Part shown: in pieces, positions 28,005 through 38,346 of the stretch | Position numbering within the stretch: the first letter of the stretch is position 1 | Layout of the letters: every line of letters starts with the position of its first letter | The notes under the pieces: model-generated | The model's input: the letters and a program-made list of their open reading frames with translations, nothing else | What the model was told of the DNA's origin: nothing | Database searches by the model: none | NCBI GenBank assembly: GCA_041649155.1 | Contig: JBAZNP010000001.1 | Location: 173,808 to 237,807, forward strand | Length of the DNA: 64,000 nt | DNA from: Patescibacteria group bacterium | GTDB taxonomy: Bacteria; Patescibacteriota; UBA1384; XYA2-FULL-43-10; 1-14-0-10-43-13 | Direction of reading: 5' to 3' | Made by a program: the position numbers and the translations under genes

Positions 28005-28016
28005 CTCGGGGAGCCA
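28005..28016. repeat. direct repeat of the tRNA-Asn 3' terminus (putative attR)
   Basis: TCGGGGAGCCA is identical to tRNA positions 8203..8213. Confidence 0.4.
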
Positions 28017-28166
28017 TAAAAAAATGATCGACTTCAGTTGGTCTTTTTCTTTTATTAAAAATAAAATTTCGCATTATAACTAAAACGGTATTCAAAATAG
28101 AACTTTACACAGCTATCGTCAATGATTAATATTTGGTTAGTAATGTGGTCGACTTTGTTGGAAGCA

Positions 28167-28200
28167 CGAAAAGCGCCCTGATCATCAGGGCGCTTTTCGT
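28167..28200. terminator. hairpin terminator candidate
   Basis: ACGAAAAGCGCCCTGAT-CAT-CAGGGCGCTTTTCGT is a long perfect stem. Confidence 0.45.
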
Positions 28201-28227
28201 TATTTAAACAAGAGCAATTTTTATTGA

Positions 28228-28683
28228 TTATTGACTTACTTCGGCGGGTTGAATCATTATAGTTTTGCCGGTCACGCTATTATCTGAATTTGTTGTGCCG
28301 CTAACCATAATGTCCGTACCAACTGATAAGTCCGAGCTAGCTCCAGTTGTATTCTTGGAAATTGTGGTTGAGTCACTGAAGTAGACCGTTTTTGTGCTTC
28401 CGTCCGATGTCTTTATCGTTAAACTTGTATCTGTCTTCGATATGATTTCTCCGGAAACTCCACCACCGGGCCCGCCATTACCGCTACCCTTTGTGCCAGA
28501 AGGAGGTGTACCACCTTGTCTGCCTGTAGCACTTTGACCATCACCAGACATTGTTGGAGGCATACCATTTGCAGTTGTCGATGTAGCAGCATGCTTTTTT
28601 TGATAAAACACACCACTTCCAAAGCCAAGACCAAAAACAATCGCTCCTCCAATGATCACAGTTAATAATTTTTTTGATTTCAT
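28228..28683 (-). CDS. secreted Gly/Thr-rich protein (DUF5666-like)
   Basis: N-terminal signal or TM segment (MKSKKLLTVIIGGAIVFGLGFG), a G-rich region, and a small beta-rich C-terminus. Confidence 0.5.
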   Translation of the reverse strand: MKSKKLLTVIIGGAIVFGLGFGSGVFYQKKHAATSTTANGMPPTMSGDGQSATGRQGGTPPSGTKGSGNGGPGGGVSGEIISKTDTSLTIKTSDGSTKTVYFSDSTTISKNTTGASSDLSVGTDIMVSGTTNSDNSVTGKTIMIQPAEVSQ

Positions 28684-28707
28684 CTTATTCCTTTCTTTTT
28701 AAGATTA

Positions 28708-29931
28708 TTATTCATATTTCAATGCATCAATCGGTTTTAATTTAGCTGCTTTATTGGCAGGATACATACCAAAGGTTATTCCAATGAAAGCACAAATACC
28801 GAATGACAAAGCTACTGACTGCCAAGTAACAACCGAGGTAATTACCCCAAGGGCAGTCAGGGTTATCGCAATTCCCAGACCAAGAGTCGTGCCAATTATG
28901 CCGCTGAGAAAAGTCAAAGTAACAGACTCAGATAAAAACTGAATGCTAATGTCTTTTCTTTTTGCTCCGATCGCCTTTCTTAAGCCAATTTCTCTGGTTC
29001 GTTCTGTTACAGTAGTTAACATCATATTCATGATGCCAATTCCGCCAACCAGCAATGAAATACCGGCAATTGCTCCTAGAAGAATAGTGAGGGTTTGAGA
29101 GACTGAAGACAAACTAGACATTAGATCGGCTTGAGTTGATACTGTAAAATCAGCGCTGGAAGAGTCGGCAATGTTGTGACGAGATAATAGCAGGTTAGTA
29201 ATCTCTGTTTGAGTCAATTCTACACTATTTTCATCAGCAGCTTTTACGTTAATACTGCTGATTGAAGAGGAACTTTTGCCAGTTAAATAACGCTGTGCAG
29301 TCGAAATTGGAACATAGACAGCATAATCGCTGCTGTCGGTGGTTGATCCACCTTTGGCTTCCGTTATGCCTACAACTTTAAACTGAATCTTATTAATTTT
29401 TATGGTTTTTCCTACCGGATCAACGTCTTCACCAAACAAAGTTTCGCTTGTACTTGGACCAATTACAGCAACTTTTGAAACTGATTTTTCATCCTGAGCT
29501 GTAATAAAATCACCGGAACTGACAACAATATTTCTGATATCAGCATAACTAGATTCAGTACCAATAATTTGAGCATTGGTATTATTGCTTTTGTAGGTAA
29601 TCTGTTTTCGTGATTCCACCATTGATGCAATTTCCGAAACAGAAGAAACTTCATTAGCAATCGCATCAGCGTCATCTTGTGTTAATGTAGTAGCATTTCC
29701 CATAGCTGATCGAACACCGCTAGTACTGGTAGAGCCAGGAGAAATCATGATTAAATTTGAACCTAAGTCAGAAATACTGGATGTTACCGAAGCAGTAGCC
29801 CCTTGCCCAATACCAACTAAAACAATAACTGAGCTAATACCGATAACGACACCTAGCATAGTAAGTCCAGATCTGACCTTGTTAGCAGAAAGAGCTGAGT
29901 ATGTTTCTATTAAAATGTCTTTGAATTTCAT
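28708..29931 (-). CDS. ABC transporter permease, MacB/FtsX family
   Basis: N-terminal TM, a large periplasmic domain, and three C-terminal TM helices (FtsX-like). Confidence 0.8.
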   Translation of the reverse strand: MKFKDILIETYSALSANKVRSGLTMLGVVIGISSVIVLVGIGQGATASVTSSISDLGSNLIMISPGSTSTSGVRSAMGNATTLTQDDADAIANEVSSVSEIASMVESRKQITYKSNNTNAQIIGTESSYADIRNIVVSSGDFITAQDEKSVSKVAVIGPSTSETLFGEDVDPVGKTIKINKIQFKVVGITEAKGGSTTDSSDYAVYVPISTAQRYLTGKSSSSISSINVKAADENSVELTQTEITNLLLSRHNIADSSSADFTVSTQADLMSSLSSVSQTLTILLGAIAGISLLVGGIGIMNMMLTTVTERTREIGLRKAIGAKRKDISIQFLSESVTLTFLSGIIGTTLGLGIAITLTALGVITSVVTWQSVALSFGICAFIGITFGMYPANKAAKLKPIDALKYE

Positions 29932-30626
29932 TTTATTTTATTATTTAATTTATCGTCGCTGGTTATTTCGCCGTCAATAATTTTGATAACTCTGGCAGCA
30001 TGGTTTGCAACGTATTGATCATGTGTGATTAAAATTATGGTTTTGCCTTTATCGCTAAGTTCTTGAAAAGTGTCCAGCACCGCTTTACCCGTTTTTTGAT
30101 CCAAATTTCCCGTTGGCTCATCAGCCAAAATAATTTCAGGATCATTAACCAAAGCTCGGGCGATAGCCACTCTTTGCATCTGTCCGCCAGAAAGTTGATT
30201 TGAAAGATTATAAAATTTTGATTTTTCTATCTGCGCATTTGTTAAAGCATTAACAACTAAACGATTACGATTGCTAGCCAAAACATCAGTATAGATTAAG
30301 GGAAGATTAACATTGCGCCAAACTGTTGCCCTGGAAAGAAGATTAAATGCCTGAAAAACAAAGCCTATTTTTTTACTTCGAATGTCAGCCAATGCATCTT
30401 CGGATAACTTTGAGACATCCTGGCCGTCAAGGAAAAACTGACCGGAAGTAGGCGTATCAAGGGCACCGATAATATTCATCATTGTCGATTTTCCCGAACC
30501 AGATGGTCCTGTAATGGCCACAAACTCACCCTTATTGATTGAAAACGATACTCCCTTTAAGACAGTCGTGCTATTACCACCATTCACATAAGTCTTATTT
30601 AGATTTTTACATTCTATTATTTTCAT
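29928..30626 (-). CDS. ABC transporter ATP-binding protein (MacB/LolD-like)
   Basis: Walker [10 protein letters not shown], signature [15 protein letters not shown], and Walker [12 protein letters not shown]. Confidence 0.9.
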   Translation of the reverse strand: MKIIECKNLNKTYVNGGNSTTVLKGVSFSINKGEFVAITGPSGSGKSTMMNIIGALDTPTSGQFFLDGQDVSKLSEDALADIRSKKIGFVFQAFNLLSRATVWRNVNLPLIYTDVLASNRNRLVVNALTNAQIEKSKFYNLSNQLSGGQMQRVAIARALVNDPEIILADEPTGNLDQKTGKAVLDTFQELSDKGKTIILITHDQYVANHAARVIKIIDGEITSDDKLNNKIK

Positions 30627-30631
30627 AAATC

Positions 30632-31909
30632 CTACATTCCCATTCCGCCAGGTCCGCCGGAAGGTGGTGTACCGCCACCACTGCTACCTGTTAATCCATT
30701 GAAGCTGGATTGAGATGATTTTTGGCTGCTGGAACTTGAGTTGCTGCTACTAGTTCCCCCACTGGTAATGGTTTGAGTTACAATAGTATCATTTTCGTTC
30801 AAACCGGAGGTAACTTCAGTATAAGAATCATTGGCGATACCCACCACAATTGTTTGCTTTATTGGCGAACCGTCTTTCATAAGAAGAACATAACTTTCAG
30901 TACCACTAGTTTTTATGGCTGAATTTACCACCATTAAAACATCTTGTTTTACTTCAGTTGTAATTGTTGCTGTTACACTCATTTGAGATTTGATTCTATC
31001 ATCAAGCGAATCAAACGAAATAGTAATAGGATAAGTCACAACTCCAGAAGATTCAGTTCCGGTTGTACCAGCTGTAAGCACTTTGCCGGTCAATGTTAAA
31101 TCATCAATTGCGTCAAAAGTCATACTAACAGTCTGTCCAACTTCGACGCTTGAAGCATCAACCTCATTTAGAGAAATAGAAGCGTTGAGACTGCTCATAT
31201 CATTAATTACAATTGGAGTTGAAGACGAGCTGCTTGATGATGTATTTGTCGATGCACTGCTAGCGCTGCTTGATTGCGAAGAACTACTACCAAGTGTATC
31301 GCCATCAGCAATATTGACTTCTGTAACAGTGCCATCAATTGAAGCAGTCACCGTTCTTTCACTGGCCGTTTTCTTAGCAGAATTATACGATGACTGCGCT
31401 GATTGAACATTAATTTTTGCAACTTCAACTGCCGTTGTAGATGATAATACTTTTTGTGCAGCTTCAGTCTTTTGAGTATCAGTTGAGTTAGAATCATTAT
31501 TAATTGTCGTTTGGTTATTCTGAGCCGTAGTTAATTGGTTTTCACTATCAGTTAAAGATTGATTTGCCTGCAATAAACTTGCATATGCTTTTGAAACACT
31601 AATATCTAAATCATCGTTAGTGATCTTAAATAATGTTTGGCCTTTCGTAACCTTGTCACCCACTTTTACTGAGAGATTCTTAACATCGCCACTTATGCTA
31701 GGATTTACATTGGAACTCTTGGTAACAATAACATTTCCAGTTCCCGAAACTGAAGCGGTCAAAGTTCCTTTGGTTACTGTAGCAGTTTTATATGTAGTCG
31801 TTACTTTTTTGGCCTTGACTATTCTGTACGTTCCATATCCACCCCCAACTAATACAAGCACCAATGTTATCAAAACCCAAGGCTTTAATAAAAATTTTGG
31901 TAATTTCAT
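30632..31909 (-). CDS. efflux periplasmic adaptor (HlyD/MacA family) with an S/T-rich insert
   Basis: N-terminal TM, a coiled-coil/lipoyl-like architecture, and an operon with the MacB-like pair. Confidence 0.7.
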   Translation of the reverse strand: MKLPKFLLKPWVLITLVLVLVGGGYGTYRIVKAKKVTTTYKTATVTKGTLTASVSGTGNVIVTKSSNVNPSISGDVKNLSVKVGDKVTKGQTLFKITNDDLDISVSKAYASLLQANQSLTDSENQLTTAQNNQTTINNDSNSTDTQKTEAAQKVLSSTTAVEVAKINVQSAQSSYNSAKKTASERTVTASIDGTVTEVNIADGDTLGSSSSQSSSASSASTNTSSSSSSSTPIVINDMSSLNASISLNEVDASSVEVGQTVSMTFDAIDDLTLTGKVLTAGTTGTESSGVVTYPITISFDSLDDRIKSQMSVTATITTEVKQDVLMVVNSAIKTSGTESYVLLMKDGSPIKQTIVVGIANDSYTEVTSGLNENDTIVTQTITSGGTSSSNSSSSSQKSSQSSFNGLTGSSGGGTPPSGGPGGMGM

Positions 31910-32089
31910 CGTGACTCCAATTTAATTTGTTCTATAAACTTATTTTTCCTTATTTACGTTTACTGTACTGGCTCTTTCTGAGAAAAGGCTTAGAAATAAC
32001 ATGAAACAAAATTAATTTAACGTTACCTATCAGCGATAATTTTAAGATTGTAACTATTCACAAAGATTTTTTTCATAATTTAATACAGG

Positions 32090-32458
32090 ATGAACACATC
32101 AGAAGCCTATGGAGGAATACCAGTGAATCAGAGCATTACCAAAGAAAAAAATAAAAAATGCGAAACAAAACTAGAAGGGGGAACCATCATCATCACAGGG
32201 GTAATCAATCATGGATATTTACGGTCAGTAATTCATAAAACGCATCTTGACCTTGCTATCGCCGAGCCAGAGATAAAAATTGACGTAACCAAAGCAGAAA
32301 CCATAGAAGCAACCCTTTTTGAAGTTATTTTTGACTATCTCCGGAGAGCTTTTGTGTATGAGAAAGAGGTAAAGATAATAACTTGCCATGGCAGTATTAT
32401 CGATAAAAAAATAAGGAGTCTTATAGACGGATTTCAATATGAGTTAGTACTTGTATAA
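32090..32458 (+). CDS. hypothetical protein
   Basis: 122-aa ORF. Confidence 0.35.
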   Translation: MNTSEAYGGIPVNQSITKEKNKKCETKLEGGTIIITGVINHGYLRSVIHKTHLDLAIAEPEIKIDVTKAETIEATLFEVIFDYLRRAFVYEKEVKIITCHGSIIDKKIRSLIDGFQYELVLV

Positions 32459-32717
32459 CAATCACTCTTTATAGTCACTCCCTCACTAATCGCCCTCAAG
32501 CCCAAAAGCTTGGGGGACTTTTTTAGACATCTTTTTAATAAAATCGGATATTATTCCATTTTTGATCTAAGCTAAAACGCTTTATTTAAATCAACCTTTA
32601 TGGAGTTTGGAAACACGTTTTATTATCTTTTGATGCCCCCACAATAAGTGTGAACTACAAATATCATTTTCATGTTTTTACAATGAAATTGGATTTTAAT
32701 CCGTTTATAGTTTAGCT

Positions 32718-33239
32718 ATGGAAAATTCAATATTTCAAAAATGGTGGTTACTATTCCTTGAAGGTTTCTTTCTCGCCCTGTTGGGCGTGCTCGTACTTGC
32801 ATGGCCGATGGCAACATTGCAGATAATTGTCACTCTTGTTGGCGTCTATGCTTTCGTCGTGGGAGTTATTAACATAATAAAAGGCGTCCGCCTAATTGGA
32901 AAATCGTGGGAAAGCTTGGCCCTCTTCATTATCGGCATTTTAGCAATATTACTTGGCATATTAATTTTCGAATATCCTGGGCTATATCTCGCAACCAGTA
33001 TAATATTAGTCGGAATATGGTTTATTATTAGAGGCGTATACGATATTGTCGCATATTCGCCGTTTAAAGCCATCTCGGTAATTAGCGGAATTTTAGGAAT
33101 TATTGTCGGAGTATTACTCTTGAACAAGCCTATTATTAACGGAACTGCACTTTTCTGGGTTCTTGGACTTTATGCTCTTATTGTTGGAGCAATTTACATG
33201 GGACTGTCTTTAAAGATAAGATCGTTAATCAACGAATAA
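32718..33239 (+). CDS. HdeD/DUF308-family membrane protein
   Basis: Repeated Gly-rich TM hairpins typical of DUF308. Confidence 0.65.
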   Translation: MENSIFQKWWLLFLEGFFLALLGVLVLAWPMATLQIIVTLVGVYAFVVGVINIIKGVRLIGKSWESLALFIIGILAILLGILIFEYPGLYLATSIILVGIWFIIRGVYDIVAYSPFKAISVISGILGIIVGVLLLNKPIINGTALFWVLGLYALIVGAIYMGLSLKIRSLINE

Positions 33240-33254
33240 GGCATGATATTCAAT

Positions 33255-33282
33255 AAAAAAGAACACTTAAGTGTTCTTTTTT
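33255..33282. terminator. bidirectional rho-independent terminator
   Basis: AAAAAAGAACACTTAAGTGTTCTTTTTT. Confidence 0.65.
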
Positions 33283-33306
33283 ATTGGCAGTCCATCTTTC
33301 TACTTA

Positions 33307-35334
33307 TTACGAGATCTCTGGAACCAGAAACTGGCTGTTGTATAGAGAGCAGTAAAAACCTTTTTTAGAAAGCAACTCTTTATGATTACCCTGCTCGACG
33401 ATATTTCCATCTTTCATAACCAGGATCAAATCAGCCTCACGAATAGTGGAAAGCCGGTGAGCAATAACAAAACTGGTCTTCCCTTTCATCAAGTTCTCCA
33501 TTGCCTTTTGAATTAAAATTTCAGTTCTGGTATCAACCGAGCTGGTAGCCTCGTCCAAAATTAATATCGGTGTTTTGGCAAGCATGGCTCTCGCAATAGT
33601 TAAAAGCTGCTTTTCGCCCTGAGAAATGTTGTCAGCCTCTTCATTCAATTCCATATTGTAGCCGTTTGGCAAAGCATGAATAAAATGATTGGCATGAGCC
33701 GCTTCAGCTGCAACTTCAATTTCCGCCATAGTCGCTTTTGGATTAGCATAGCTAATATTTTCTTTGATCGTTCCATTAAATAGCCACGTATCCTGTAAAA
33801 CCATTCCGAACATTTTACGTAAATCGGCCCGTCTCATATCCCTAACATCAACACCATCAACTTTAATTGCGCCTTTATTGACATCGTAAAAGCGCATCAA
33901 AAGATTAACCATGGTTGTTTTGCCAGCTCCAGTAGGACCGACGATGGCAATCTTTTGGCCTGGTTTAATCTTGGCGTTAAAACCTTTTATAATGGTTTTA
34001 TCGGGATCGTAGCCGAAGATAACATTATCAAACTCAACAACACCTTTCACTTGATCGATTTTAACAGGATCAGCCGTTTCAGCGATTTCCTCTTTTTCGT
34101 CCAAAAACTCAAAAACTCTTTCAGCCGCAGCCGCAGTTGACTGCATCACATTAGCAATCTGGGCAGTCTGGGCAATCGGCTGATTAAACTGATTAACATA
34201 TTGAATAAAAGCCTGAATGTCGCCAATTTGCAATTTACCGTTTATAGCAAGCCAGCCGCCCAAAACAGAAACTCCAACAAAACCGAGATTTCCAACAAAA
34301 GTCGTGATCGGCATCAAGAGACCAGATAGGAATTGAGACTTCCATGCACTGGTGTACATTTCATTATTAATCTTCTGAAACTTGGCAACAGAACGCTTTT
34401 CGCCATTAAATACGCGCATCACATTGTGACCAGCGTACATTTCTTCTATGTGACCATTTATCTTGCCCAAAGAATCCTGCTGCTCTTTGAAAAAGTGCTG
34501 GGATTTTTTAACAATAAATGAGATTAAAATGATTGAAACCGGAAGAAGAACTATCGAAACAAGTGTTAAGAGCCAGCTGATCGAAAACATCATAGCCAGA
34601 ATACCAACGACCATTGTAATTGAAGTTACAATTTGAGAAAGACTCTGGTTTAAAGTCTGGCCGACAGTATCGACGTCATTGGTAACTCTGCTTAAAACTT
34701 CACCATAAGTCCTGCCATCAAAATATTTAAGCGGCATTCGGTTAATTTTTTCTGAAATATTCCGACGGAATTGGTAAGTGATTTTTTGTGAGATATTGGT
34801 CATAACCCACCCCTGAATGTAGGAAAAAAGAGCACTCAATAAATATAAGCCGACTAGAAGAAAGGCAATTTGTTCGACCTTATGATAATTTATGCTGGGA
34901 CGGCTAGATAGATCGAGGGCTTTAATTTTATCTAAATTACCCGAAGGAATTTTTGAAACCATTTCCGCAGGCATTTTTTTGATAAGATCCTCGCCGGTTG
35001 TGCCAGCCGGAATAACAGTTCCTTTTGGCAAATTTGATGTGATTTGATCATACGCTTTGATATTAATATAATCGGAAACAACCTGATTGGTGGCATTACC
35101 AAGAATTTTCGGGCTCATGATAGCGAAAACTGTACTGGCAATAGCAAACACAAAAACTATAGCGATGGATATCCAGAACGGACGAAGATATTTAATCAAA
35201 GTCATCATTGTGCGCTTAAAATTCTTGGGTTTTTCAACAGCACCTATCATTCCCCCCATCGGTCCTTGACCACCACCCATAGGTTTTGATCGTGTTACTG
35301 GTTTTTGAATATTTTGTTCATTATTTTTACTCAT
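33307..35334 (-). CDS. ABC exporter, fused permease and ATPase (MsbA-like), subunit 2
   Basis: Six TM helices followed by a nucleotide-binding domain (GPTGAGKTT, LSQGEKQLLTIARAM, LILDEATSSVD). Confidence 0.85.
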   Translation of the reverse strand: MSKNNEQNIQKPVTRSKPMGGGQGPMGGMIGAVEKPKNFKRTMMTLIKYLRPFWISIAIVFVFAIASTVFAIMSPKILGNATNQVVSDYINIKAYDQITSNLPKGTVIPAGTTGEDLIKKMPAEMVSKIPSGNLDKIKALDLSSRPSINYHKVEQIAFLLVGLYLLSALFSYIQGWVMTNISQKITYQFRRNISEKINRMPLKYFDGRTYGEVLSRVTNDVDTVGQTLNQSLSQIVTSITMVVGILAMMFSISWLLTLVSIVLLPVSIILISFIVKKSQHFFKEQQDSLGKINGHIEEMYAGHNVMRVFNGEKRSVAKFQKINNEMYTSAWKSQFLSGLLMPITTFVGNLGFVGVSVLGGWLAINGKLQIGDIQAFIQYVNQFNQPIAQTAQIANVMQSTAAAAERVFEFLDEKEEIAETADPVKIDQVKGVVEFDNVIFGYDPDKTIIKGFNAKIKPGQKIAIVGPTGAGKTTMVNLLMRFYDVNKGAIKVDGVDVRDMRRADLRKMFGMVLQDTWLFNGTIKENISYANPKATMAEIEVAAEAAHANHFIHALPNGYNMELNEEADNISQGEKQLLTIARAMLAKTPILILDEATSSVDTRTEILIQKAMENLMKGKTSFVIAHRLSTIREADLILVMKDGNIVEQGNHKELLSKKGFYCSLYNSQFLVPEIS

Positions 35335-37124
35335 ACTGCACCTCCCACAAAAGTCTTTGCTGGTATAACCTCTTTCCCATCAACACTAGTTTGATAACTT
35401 TTTAGTTCATCTTCAGAAAGTTGAGAATAAGCGATTTCTTTATAAACATCACACTTTTTCATCAATTCTTTATGCGTACCTTGGCCAACAATTTTGCCTT
35501 CATCAAGAACAATAATCTTGTCAGCAGAAAGGATAGTGCTAATTCTCTGAGCTACAATCAAAACCGTTTTTTGATTAATTTCTTTGCTCAATGCTAGACG
35601 AAGTGCTGCATCAGTTCTAAAATCAAGAGCAGAAAAACTATCATCGAAGATGTAAATCTCTGGTTTTCTAACAATCGCTCTGGCAATCGAAAGTCTCTGC
35701 TTCTGTCCACCGGAAACGTTGGTACCGCCCTGAGCAATCGGATGTTTGTAGGTGTTTTCGAGTCCTTTAATGAATTCTTCAGACTGAGAAGTTTTTGCCG
35801 CTTTTTCAACATCTTTCAAAGAAGCTTTCGGTGCGCCATATTTTATATTACTATCAACTGTTCCAGAAAAAAGCATACCTTTTTGCGGCACATAGCCAAT
35901 TTTTGAATATAAGTCTTCCAGACCATAATTACGAACATCAATTCCATCAATCAAAACCTGCCCTTCAGTTACATCATAAAAACGAGGAATCAAATTGATC
36001 AAAGTGCTTTTACCGCTGCCGGTCGAACCAATAAAAGCAGTTGTTTCCCCTGGTTTGGCTTGAAAAGAAATTTTATTCAATACAGGCACATCAGCCTTAG
36101 GGTATGAAAAAGTCACATCTTTAAATTCAACTAATCCGATTGACTCCCCAGCCTTTTCCGGTTTCTTTGGATTTTTAATAATTGGATCCGTTTTAATCAC
36201 TTCCATCACACGATTAGCTGAAACGGCAGCACGGGGAACCATAATGAAGACGATCGAAACCATTAAGAACGCCATTATCACCTGCATTGCGTATTGCATA
36301 AAAGCGATCATGCTGCCAACCTGAAGATCACCAGTACCAATTAAATGGGCGCCAACCCAGATTATGCCAAGTGCTGTGAAGTTAAAAATCAACATAATTA
36401 TCGGCTGCATAATAACCATTAGACGATTGACGAAAAGGTTGGCATTGGTCAAATCAATATTGGCTTTTTCAAACTTTTCCTCTTCGATCTTTTCATTGTT
36501 AAACGCCCGAATTACACGAAGACCAGTTAAGTTCTGTCTTGTAACCAAATTTAATTTATCAACCAGTTTTTGAAGAAGCTGGAACTTTGGCAATGCGATC
36601 GAGAAAATAATAATAATAATACCCATCATCACAGCTACAGCCAAAACAATGATCCAGCTCATCGAAGGGGCAGTATGATAAGCCTTGAAAATCGCGCCAA
36701 TGCCCATAATCGGAGCCTGCAATACCATTCTTAAAATCAAAATGAGCACCATTTGAATTTGTTGAATATCGTTTGTTGAACGAGTTATTAAAGAAGCGGT
36801 GGAAAATTTATTAAACTCAGCCAGAGAAAAACTTTCTACCTTGGAAAAAACTTCCTCTCTAATATTTTTAGAAAATCCAGTACCAATCCGAGAAGACAGA
36901 AAACCAATGCCAACAGTAGCAACAGCACCAAGCAAAGCGACCAGAAGCATCAACATCCCCGTATGAAGAACGACCCCGTTATCTCCAGCGACTATGCCAT
37001 CGTTAATAATTTTGGACATATAGTCAGGTAATTGCAGAGTAGTCTCGACTGAAATAAAAATTAAGACTACCAATGCAACCAGTTGAGATATATACGGCTT
37101 TAAGTATTTTAAAATTTTTATCAC
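35331..37124 (-). CDS. ABC exporter, fused permease and ATPase, subunit 1
   Basis: TM domain followed by a nucleotide-binding domain (GSTGSGKST, VSGGQKQRLSIARAI). Overlaps the partner gene by 4 nt. Confidence 0.85.
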   Translation of the reverse strand: MIKILKYLKPYISQLVALVVLIFISVETTLQLPDYMSKIINDGIVAGDNGVVLHTGMLMLLVALLGAVATVGIGFLSSRIGTGFSKNIREEVFSKVESFSLAEFNKFSTASLITRSTNDIQQIQMVLILILRMVLQAPIMGIGAIFKAYHTAPSMSWIIVLAVAVMMGIIIIIFSIALPKFQLLQKLVDKLNLVTRQNLTGLRVIRAFNNEKIEEEKFEKANIDLTNANLFVNRLMVIMQPIIMLIFNFTALGIIWVGAHLIGTGDLQVGSMIAFMQYAMQVIMAFLMVSIVFIMVPRAAVSANRVMEVIKTDPIIKNPKKPEKAGESIGLVEFKDVTFSYPKADVPVLNKISFQAKPGETTAFIGSTGSGKSTLINLIPRFYDVTEGQVLIDGIDVRNYGLEDLYSKIGYVPQKGMLFSGTVDSNIKYGAPKASLKDVEKAAKTSQSEEFIKGLENTYKHPIAQGGTNVSGGQKQRLSIARAIVRKPEIYIFDDSFSALDFRTDAALRLALSKEINQKTVLIVAQRISTILSADKIIVLDEGKIVGQGTHKELMKKCDVYKEIAYSQLSEDELKSYQTSVDGKEVIPAKTFVGGAV

Positions 37125-37154
37125 AAATTCCTTCTTTGTTTATTAATAATTAAA

Positions 37155-37415
37155 CTATTTAAGATTATCTGAAGATTTTTTAATTTTTTCTTTCATTCCG
37201 GAAATGTCTTCTGTAAATTTTTTTGTTATTTTGTCTAGCACACTATTAATTTCATTTGCCTTAATAATATGTATAATCGGACCATCGCCGAAGAATATAA
37301 AATCATCACCCGGTTTTATATCTAATTTTTCCCTGGCCTTAGCCGGAATTACAATCTGGCCTTTTTCGCCGATAGTACTGGCTCCGTAAAAATTTATGCT
37401 TTTTTGATGAAACAT
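37155..37415 (-). CDS. AbrB/SpoVT-family DNA-binding protein
   Basis: TIGEKGQIVIPAKAREKLDIKPGDDF is a swapped-hairpin AbrB-type domain. Start at MFHQK. Confidence 0.6.
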   Translation of the reverse strand: MFHQKSINFYGASTIGEKGQIVIPAKAREKLDIKPGDDFIFFGDGPIIHIIKANEINSVLDKITKKFTEDISGMKEKIKKSSDNLK

Positions 37416-37862
37416 TTTTCTCCCTTTTTTATTCCTACATTTCCTACATATCATACCTATGTCGTCTGAATATGTCAATATAGGTAAATTTTAAAATTCT
37501 TATTTATAATAAAGGAAAATTGGATATCCCTTATCAATTCTCTATTGGCCGCAAACGCTTGAGAGAACTATCCTACCCCCTTAAAGAGTATTATGAATAA
37601 AATATTAAATTAGCTTATTATTTACAATAAAAAAGTATTTTTTATGTAGTCCTTATACGATAAATTCGTATGTATAAAACAGTCTTAATTTAGTAACTCC
37701 TCCATAAAACTCTGCCTTGTCACTCGTAGTTTTGTTTGTTTATAACAAAAAACTTGTCCATTTTAGAGAAAATCATTTAGATAGACCACAATGATTTCAA
37801 CGAAAGAGATGGTATTTTGAATGTGGATTTAAAATTAATCTCTCGCAAGGAGGTGAAATAAA

Positions 37863-38222
37863 ATGAAAACTTTAAAATTAGGTTTAGTAATGGCTCTTAT
37901 CATTCCAATGCTTGCTGGTATAATGGCTGTCGCAAAAGCTGACCCTGCAAAAGCTCAGGGATTTTCTAATACGAATAACCTAGGAAGTCTTATTGTATCC
38001 AACGGGCTATTTACAGGTTATAATGCTGTAGATTTAGCAGGCTTGATTGCAACTGATGCAGTTACTAGTGGCGGTTCTTTTTCTAGCGGAACATCCAACC
38101 TTAACGATCTACTTGTTCTTGGCGGATTGTTTGGCACTGGTGGTGGCTGGGGCTGGAATAACGGCGCGCAAAACCTTGCAGGTTTAATCGCAGTTGACAA
38201 CTTGTACAACGGCGGAATATAG
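37863..38222 (+). CDS. small secreted Gly-rich protein (bacteriocin-like candidate)
   Basis: GGAGG ribosome-binding site. Sec signal peptide ending AVAKA. Mature region of about 90 aa rich in G/N/L with LAGLIA(T/V)D repeats and a GGGWGWNNG motif. Confidence 0.5.
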   Translation: MKTLKLGLVMALIIPMLAGIMAVAKADPAKAQGFSNTNNLGSLIVSNGLFTGYNAVDLAGLIATDAVTSGGSFSSGTSNLNDLLVLGGLFGTGGGWGWNNGAQNLAGLIAVDNLYNGGI

Positions 38223-38288
38223 GTAATTTTAATACAGATCAATTTAGTGCAACCAATGCATGGGCCAAGGACTCATGCATTGGCGTAC

Positions 38289-38316
38289 AAAAAAAACGGC
38301 CGTAGCCGTTTTTTAA
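38289..38316. terminator. bidirectional terminator
   Basis: AAAAAAAACGGCCGTAGCCGTTTTTTAAA. Confidence 0.6.
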
Positions 38317-38346
38317 ATTAAGTTCAGTGTTTATTATTAATCTGTG

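Larger units (their letters stand above)
8184..28016. mobile_element. roughly 19.8-kb integrated element inserted at the 3' end of tRNA-Asn
   Basis: The integrase gene overlaps the tRNA 3' end. An 11-bp direct repeat of the tRNA terminus (TCGGGGAGCCA) lies at 28005..28016. Cargo includes Rep-like, SpoVG, a second recombinase and TIR-like genes. Gene content switches to housekeeping transporters right after 28016. Confidence 0.5.

Noticed and set aside
31083-31406. 107-aa plus-strand ORF inside the HlyD-like adaptor gene
   Set aside because: It is antisense to a low-complexity S/T-rich coding region.
38018-38242. 74-aa minus-strand ORF opposite the Gly-rich secreted-protein gene
   Set aside because: Pro-rich reverse translation of a Gly-rich gene. 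Spurious.
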